A DNA stretch of 29,349 nt from a virus. Lineage: Duplodnaviria; Caudoviricetes. Below the pieces are notes generated by a model. The model was given only the letters and a program-made list of their open reading frames with translations. It ran no database searches and was not told the DNA's origin. The DNA is taken from positions 1 through 29,349 of the IMG/VR virus record IMGVR_UViG_3300024325_000045. One strand, written 5' to 3'. Position numbers and translations under genes: made by a program. Positions 24,821 through 29,349 of the stretch are shown piece by piece; position 1 is the stretch's first letter; every line of letters starts with the position of its first letter.

Positions 24821-26669
24821 GTTCGTGTGCAACACCGTTTCGCTCCGCTTCCACGGCCAGAATCAGTTCTTTGGCCAGTCTCCGGGCCTTCGCTTCACTC
24901 GGCTTTATGGTAGTGGCTGGAGCCGCGGCAGCCTTCGCCGCGTCGTCCTTGGCCTTCTGCCGCTCCGCAATCGACCCTGGAAATTGCTCATCCGCCAATT
25001 CTTCTCCATCCTCGACGTCGAGCAGATCGTAGAGCGCCCGCACTCCTACCTTGATGTCGATACCAGCGTCGATCGCTTTGCATGTCGCTTCGATTTCGGC
25101 CGGCAAGTCACCCTCAAGAATCGCCGGGAAGTTGCAGTTTATAATGATCTCCCCAGGCTTGGGCTCCTCTTTCACTTCGATCAGTCGCAGACCATCCTTC
25201 GATCGTACCCGTTGCGCTTCTCGGATGACGATTTTTGTATCCTTGTATGCCTCGCGCAAGCGACCGGAGGCCGCGCCCTTGCTTGTTGCCAACACATACC
25301 GGCAAATCGTTACCAGATCCTCGCGCCATGCCTCCTGCTTTTCGATGAAGTTGAGTTCGGTCGGCCGGTCCAGCGTTGTGGCTGTCGCCAGGTTGCTCGT
25401 CTCCATATCGCCCAAGAACGTCGGAGGAATCCCGAACACGCACGCGACCATATTACGGTACTCTTTCACTTCTGAAGGATCGCCTCCAGCCCCCTGCGTG
25501 TTGAAAGCTTTAAGCACTGTATCCGGCCCGCTGACAAAGAGCGATCCAGGAATCGCCGGCGGATTGGTATCCCACGGCCCCGAGCTCCCAGTAGCGACGT
25601 TGGTTTGAAGTTGCTGTTTGATCCCTTCCGCAGCTTGCTGCCCGCCCTTCGTGGTAATCGTCGCTGCGAATTGTGCCAAAGATTTCTTGACCGTATAGCA
25701 AGCTTCAAGCCACTGCTTCCCGGTTTTGGCCCAATCGATCGCCGCATAAACCAGCGGGCAGCCATACAGCCACTTTGACACGGCGCCGCATTTCCGATGG
25801 AGTATTGGATTGTCCCACTTGACCTCGTAATTGTTGATCTGCGGGATTTTTTCCGCAGGTTCGTAGCCGAGCGCCGGATACCAGGCCTCGCGGGTTTGCG
25901 TTCCCATTCGAGCGTTCTGTGCGTCGAAGGTTCGCTCTGTCCAGACGCGCCTGTAGAACCATGGCGTATCCGTGTCATCTGGGTTCGTAACGATGTCCAT
26001 GATTTCAGTCGCATCGATCGTGCGAACCGTGACGAGTCCAGAATCCACCGTATCCGCGAAGAAGCAGAAGAAGAGATTCCCGTCGTAGTACTTCCGTCTC
26101 TCAAGATCGGTGAGCGCGATCTGGCCCAGAGTTAATTTGTTTCGCTCAAAGAATTCCTCAAGCGTCTTGTTTGCCGCTTCATCCGGGCTTGAGATTTCGA
26201 CGCCGCGACCGAACACGTAATGAGCCGCCACGTTAATCCCCCGCTGGATCAGCGGGTTTTTAATGTAGTAGAGCCTTGAAATCAGAATGATTTGCTGAAT
26301 CCCCCAGCGCGAAAACTCCAGCCATGAGAGATTGACTTCCCGCCGCCACTCCACATTCGACAGCATCAGGTCCAAGTCGCCGGCCATTCCGGTGGAGTCG
26401 ATTGCTTCGCGGAATTTAAACGGCCCCGGCTGGTTGATTTCGCGTCTCGATTCATGCACGAGCCAAGGCCCCGCGCCAGCCATCTGACGCGCTTCGAGGA
26501 GTTCCGAGGCGCGTTCCACGTAGTCGTTACGGTGGAAGGCTTCACGCTGTGAGGCTTCGTTCAGGAGGGTTTGCTGGTAGCGGCAGAGTCGCAGCAATTC
26601 AGGATCGAGCTTGGGTTGAAGGAAGTGGAAGGCTCGGGCGAGGAGGGCTTGTAAGCGGCGTCGGATCAT
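24813..26669 (-). CDS. Portal protein
   Basis: 618 aa at the head of the head module. RLYYIKNPLI, DGNLFF, YGCPLVY, GIPPTFLGD...NLATA. Confidence 0.85.
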   Translation of the reverse strand: MIRRRLQALLARAFHFLQPKLDPELLRLCRYQQTLLNEASQREAFHRNDYVERASELLEARQMAGAGPWLVHESRREINQPGPFKFREAIDSTGMAGDLDLMLSNVEWRREVNLSWLEFSRWGIQQIILISRLYYIKNPLIQRGINVAAHYVFGRGVEISSPDEAANKTLEEFFERNKLTLGQIALTDLERRKYYDGNLFFCFFADTVDSGLVTVRTIDATEIMDIVTNPDDTDTPWFYRRVWTERTFDAQNARMGTQTREAWYPALGYEPAEKIPQINNYEVKWDNPILHRKCGAVSKWLYGCPLVYAAIDWAKTGKQWLEACYTVKKSLAQFAATITTKGGQQAAEGIKQQLQTNVATGSSGPWDTNPPAIPGSLFVSGPDTVLKAFNTQGAGGDPSEVKEYRNMVACVFGIPPTFLGDMETSNLATATTLDRPTELNFIEKQEAWREDLVTICRYVLATSKGAASGRLREAYKDTKIVIREAQRVRSKDGLRLIEVKEEPKPGEIIINCNFPAILEGDLPAEIEATCKAIDAGIDIKVGVRALYDLLDVEDGEELADEQFPGSIAERQKAKDDAAKAAAAPATTIKPSEAKARRLAKELILAVEAERNGVAHEHA

Positions 26670-26885
26670 GCCGCGATAGTAACACGAATGGCGGCGTAGC
26701 TGGCCATGTCACAGCTCTTTGGACTCGCCGCCACACGTTTTGCCTTCCCTAGGCGGCCAGTTATTCACCGGCTGGGGCCACTCCACGCCCCCTTCGGATA
26801 GGGGTTGCCGGTCCAGATGCTCTCGATGTCAGGAAGGCTGGAGAGCCCACGCTTCGCTCAACAGAAACTTATTTATCCGCAGGGA

Positions 26886-26957
26886 TCACGCTTGCCGATA
26901 TCTGCGAACAGCCCACAGCAGAAACAACACCGGCACCAGATACGCTATATGTTCCAT
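26886..26957 (-). CDS. 23-aa single-TM peptide MEHIAYLVPVLFLLWAVRRYRQA
   Basis: Not in the track. ATG lies 6 nt below a full promoter. Hydrophobic core plus Arg-rich tail. Confidence 0.55.
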   Translation of the reverse strand: MEHIAYLVPVLFLLWAVRRYRQA

Positions 26958-26995
26958 GTCGCAACAATACCACACCTGTGGCTATTGCGCAATAG
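26958..26995 (-). promoter_or_regulatory. Leaderless promoter with 14-bp palindrome over the -35
   Basis: TTGCGC-17 nt-TATTGT with TG extension. CTATTGCGCAATAG at 26982-26995. Confidence 0.65.
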
Positions 26996-27003
26996 GGGTG
27001 GTA

Positions 27004-27906
27004 CTACACCACCCCGAACAGATCGAGCCCCGCCGCCAACCCCGGATGCTCGAGAACTAATCGTTTACACTCCGCTTCCTGATAGGGCTCGGCATCCACG
27101 TCTAGATATTGCATCAGGTGTGCGTACGGAGCCCACCACGAGGCCGGAACCTGATCATATATCCAAGTATCCGGCGTCCCGAACGAGCGATTCCCCGCGT
27201 CTCCGTGGATTGCCCACGAGTACATCCTGTCCATCTCTGCAACGGGCTTATCCGGCCACCGCAGCCGCTCATTCAGCTTGTACAGCGCGTGCTTGGCTTT
27301 CAGCCGCCTCTCGCTGACACCCCAGAGGTGCATCACGCCGCCGTCGCCTTGAGCGATCGGCCTGTAGGGTTGTAACGTCATACCGCGCGGTTCACGATGG
27401 TGGAAGTTGTCGCCGCCCCAGTACAGCCGCTCGTCGTCGCAAAAAGCCGTCGAAAACCAGCGATTTCCCCATATACCATTGGCGTGGTAGCGATTCAGGG
27501 AGCCACGCAGGTTGTATCCCGGCAGTTGAACAATGACTCCTGGAGATGCTTCGTATAATGCAATCGGAGGCCAATCGCCCTTTACCCACGGATGCGGCCC
27601 TAAAGCAGTAAGGTTTCCCGTCAAGATCTCGTCGGCGTCGATAATGGCGATGTGGGTTGCTTTATGATACCGAGCGATTTTTAGCATCCCCTGCCTGTGA
27701 GTCATTTCCTCCCATTCCCCGCTGGCGGTCGCATCATGGATTCTATCTGGGTACTCTCGTCGCAATAGATCAATGATTTGCGGGGTTCTATCTGTGCTCG
27801 CATGATCGAGGATCACCAGTTCGTCCACCCAAAGAAGTGCAGCTCTTGCAGACAATCCCAGTACCCAGGATTCATTTCTACAGCACATCAAGCCCACGAG
27901 TTTCAC
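27004..27906 (-). CDS. Glycosyltransferase family 2
   Basis: [24 protein letters not shown] (DxD), HLW. GTG start overlaps the HNH stop (GTGA). Confidence 0.9.
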   Translation of the reverse strand: MKLVGLMCCRNESWVLGLSARAALLWVDELVILDHASTDRTPQIIDLLRREYPDRIHDATASGEWEEMTHRQGMLKIARYHKATHIAIIDADEILTGNLTALGPHPWVKGDWPPIALYEASPGVIVQLPGYNLRGSLNRYHANGIWGNRWFSTAFCDDERLYWGGDNFHHREPRGMTLQPYRPIAQGDGGVMHLWGVSERRLKAKHALYKLNERLRWPDKPVAEMDRMYSWAIHGDAGNRSFGTPDTWIYDQVPASWWAPYAHLMQYLDVDAEPYQEAECKRLVLEHPGLAAGLDLFGVV

Positions 27907-28388
27907 CGCGACTTCCTCCGATTATTGGCTTGCTCTTTAGCGGTCGCCCACCGACAGTTTCCCGGCTCGTAGTTCCCATCGTTGTTGATGCGGTCGATGC
28001 TCAGACCAGGAGGTATTTCCCCCATGTCCTTCAAAAACATTCGGAAATCCCTCCATCGTTCACACACCGTAATACCCCGAGCTCCGTAATATTTGTATTC
28101 TTTAACGCGCGGGTTGAAACAGCGCGACTGCATTCCGTTCCAGATTCGATAAGTTCTCGATGAAGCCTTACCGTGATACGGTTTGCCTCCGGTGAGGAAC
28201 TGCTGACGCTTGCACCCACAACTAGTGGTGCGGACATTTCGTAGGTTTCTTTGTGAACGCTTGCAGGTCTTTCCGCAATCACATCTACATTCCCAAACGA
28301 ATGAACGGTCCAGGCGCTCGTTGGTTCTCCGAACAGCAACCAGCATCCCGAAACGTCTACCTGTTATATCAACTGGAACTGTTGGCAT
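27903..28388 (-). CDS. HNH homing endonuclease
   Basis: [71 protein letters not shown] 7 nt before the ATG. Confidence 0.93.
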   Translation of the reverse strand: MPTVPVDITGRRFGMLVAVRRTNERLDRSFVWECRCDCGKTCKRSQRNLRNVRTTSCGCKRQQFLTGGKPYHGKASSRTYRIWNGMQSRCFNPRVKEYKYYGARGITVCERWRDFRMFLKDMGEIPPGLSIDRINNDGNYEPGNCRWATAKEQANNRRKSR

Positions 28389-28488
28389 GTGGTTTATTAT
28401 AACACCACATCAGCGCCGCCCTCGCCGTCAGGCCCAAGCACCATATTTCGTTGCGCACAGGCATCAGTCCGATCAGCTTCAGCTTCAA
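28369..28488 (-). pseudogene. Orphaned 5' fragment of the glycosyltransferase (29 homologous-region codons, then 10 unrelated codons and a stop)
   Basis: TTG start with GGGAGG RBS and TTGA coupling: [29 protein letters not shown] vs GT2 start [27 protein letters not shown] (18/26 identical). Confidence 0.88.
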
Positions 28489-28682
28489 ACATCCCTCCCC
28501 TGAAGATTATTCCTATACATGCTGGCAGGATCGGGCAAAGGCTTTTCTAAGACGTGGGGAGCTAATTGAAGCGCAATCGTATCAGCCGGAACATCTAGCA
28601 ATCGTGCCAAGCGAACATGGCCGATCATGGCAAGTAGACGCATCACGTCTTTGTCTGAGGGATAATCGCCAATCAGCTTCAT
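28485..28682 (-). CDS. Hypothetical protein (65 aa)
   Basis: ATG 28682 (MKLIGDY) in ATGA overlap with the upstream stop. Confidence 0.55.
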   Translation of the reverse strand: MKLIGDYPSDKDVMRLLAMIGHVRLARLLDVPADTIALQLAPHVLEKPLPDPASMYRNNLQGRDV

Positions 28683-28837
28683 AATTCTCTCAGCCGCTGC
28701 CAGCGCTCCGAATGAAAATGCCGCGTATGCCTTCCCACGGCTCGCGTCATGTGCGGTCCACTCCGTGCCGTAACGACCGTGCCGCATTCCGGACAGGACA
28801 GGGAGCGCCAGCACGGGCTGAAGTACGCTCGCAGCAT
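28679..28837 (-). CDS. Small C2H2-like Zn-finger protein
   Basis: CPECG...RHTRHFH. Start set at ATG 28837. Confidence 0.5.
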   Translation of the reverse strand: MLRAYFSPCWRSLSCPECGTVVTARSGPHMTRAVGRHTRHFHSERWQRLREL

Positions 28838-28851
28838 AATCCAGTACCGCC

Positions 28852-29124
28852 TCACTGAGTCCGTATCTCCTTCGGTGTCCAGTCGATCTTCTTCCATTCG
28901 ATGAAATCCGGTGTGATCTGCCGCACGTGGGCGATCACATTCAACTTCTCTCCGAAGCCCATCACTTTGCCAAGCACGATACAGGGGTCCATATGAACCA
29001 GGGCGCAGTTGTGCTTTCTGAGCACTTGCAAGAGTTCGTCCAGGATCTCTTCGGCTGTATCGACGTCGCCAGTTTCAGGCCGGACGATCATCGTCGGCTT
29101 TAGCTTCAGTTCGTCATCGTTCAT
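28852..29124 (-). CDS. Hypothetical protein (90 aa)
   Basis: Compact ORF in the same-strand run, GGAG upstream. Confidence 0.65.
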   Translation of the reverse strand: MNDDELKLKPTMIVRPETGDVDTAEEILDELLQVLRKHNCALVHMDPCIVLGKVMGFGEKLNVIAHVRQITPDFIEWKKIDWTPKEIRTQ

Positions 29125-29126
29125 GA

Positions 29127-29267
29127 TTAGTACGACTCCTCTGGGAACGCCCAGTGTGCAATCAGCACACCGAGGCGATCTACTGATTTAGGCTCTCCGA
29201 AGAAAGCCCATACCATTGCGATCAGAAACAGCGTTGGAATTGCGATCACCTGTTTCCATGAGTTCAT
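29127..29267 (-). CDS. Small membrane protein (46 aa)
   Basis: ATG 29267 (MNSWKQVIAIPTLFLIAMVWAFF) in ATGA overlap. One TM helix. Confidence 0.55.
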   Translation of the reverse strand: MNSWKQVIAIPTLFLIAMVWAFFGEPKSVDRLGVLIAHWAFPEESY

Positions 29268-29349
29268 TGCATTCGTACTCCACATCTGGCGCACCAGACC
29301 ATCGGGCGCGTCCATATTTGCGCCGCTCCAGCCGCTTTCGCTTTTTCTA
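29264..29349 (-). CDS. 3' end of a CxxC-containing ORF entering from outside the window
   Basis: ...EKAKAAGAAQIWTRPMVWCARCGVRMQ-stop, overlapping the next ATG. Confidence 0.45.
   Translation of the reverse strand, partial: EKAKAAGAAQIWTRPMVWCARCGVRMQ

Noticed and set aside
27826-28488. Diversity-generating retroelement TR/VR pair, or a group I intron/intein around the HNH
   Set aside because: Differences are at synonymous positions of all bases rather than adenine-specific, and no reverse transcriptase is present. The N-terminus is duplicated, so splicing is unnecessary, and there is no room for a ribozyme core.
1-29349. CRISPR array, tRNA/rRNA, integrase/att site, alternative genetic code
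   Set aside because: No spaced repeats or RNA gene signatures seen. Core genes are full length in the standard code and all three stop codons are used.

Overview
The window is the late (morphogenesis and lysis-side) region of a long-tailed dsDNA phage or prophage, encoded mostly on the minus strand. Right to left: small ORFs, an HNH gene and a GT2 glycosyltransferase; portal; a MuF-like mini protein; six signal-peptide-bearing ORFs; prohead protease/scaffold; DUF2190-like decoration protein; Mu gpT-like major capsid; neck genes; tail tube; tail chaperone with a -1 frameshift; a 1633-aa tape measure; tail-tip genes; small membrane proteins (holin-like, no recognisable endolysin); a 7-TM protein; regulators; and a secreted malectin-like ORF running off the left edge. 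No terminase, integrase, tRNA, rRNA or CRISPR array is visible. The most striking signal is four HNH-type genes that sit without destroying their hosts. One follows a dead 5' fragment of the glycosyltransferase and is followed by a synonymously recoded replacement 5' end. Another lies entirely antisense inside the still-open protease/scaffold frame. Also seen: a TTGCGCAA palindrome at four promoter regions, many apparently leaderless promoters, a LamG tail gene that looks split, and several unannotated micro-ORFs. All family assignments come from motif recognition by eye, not database searches.
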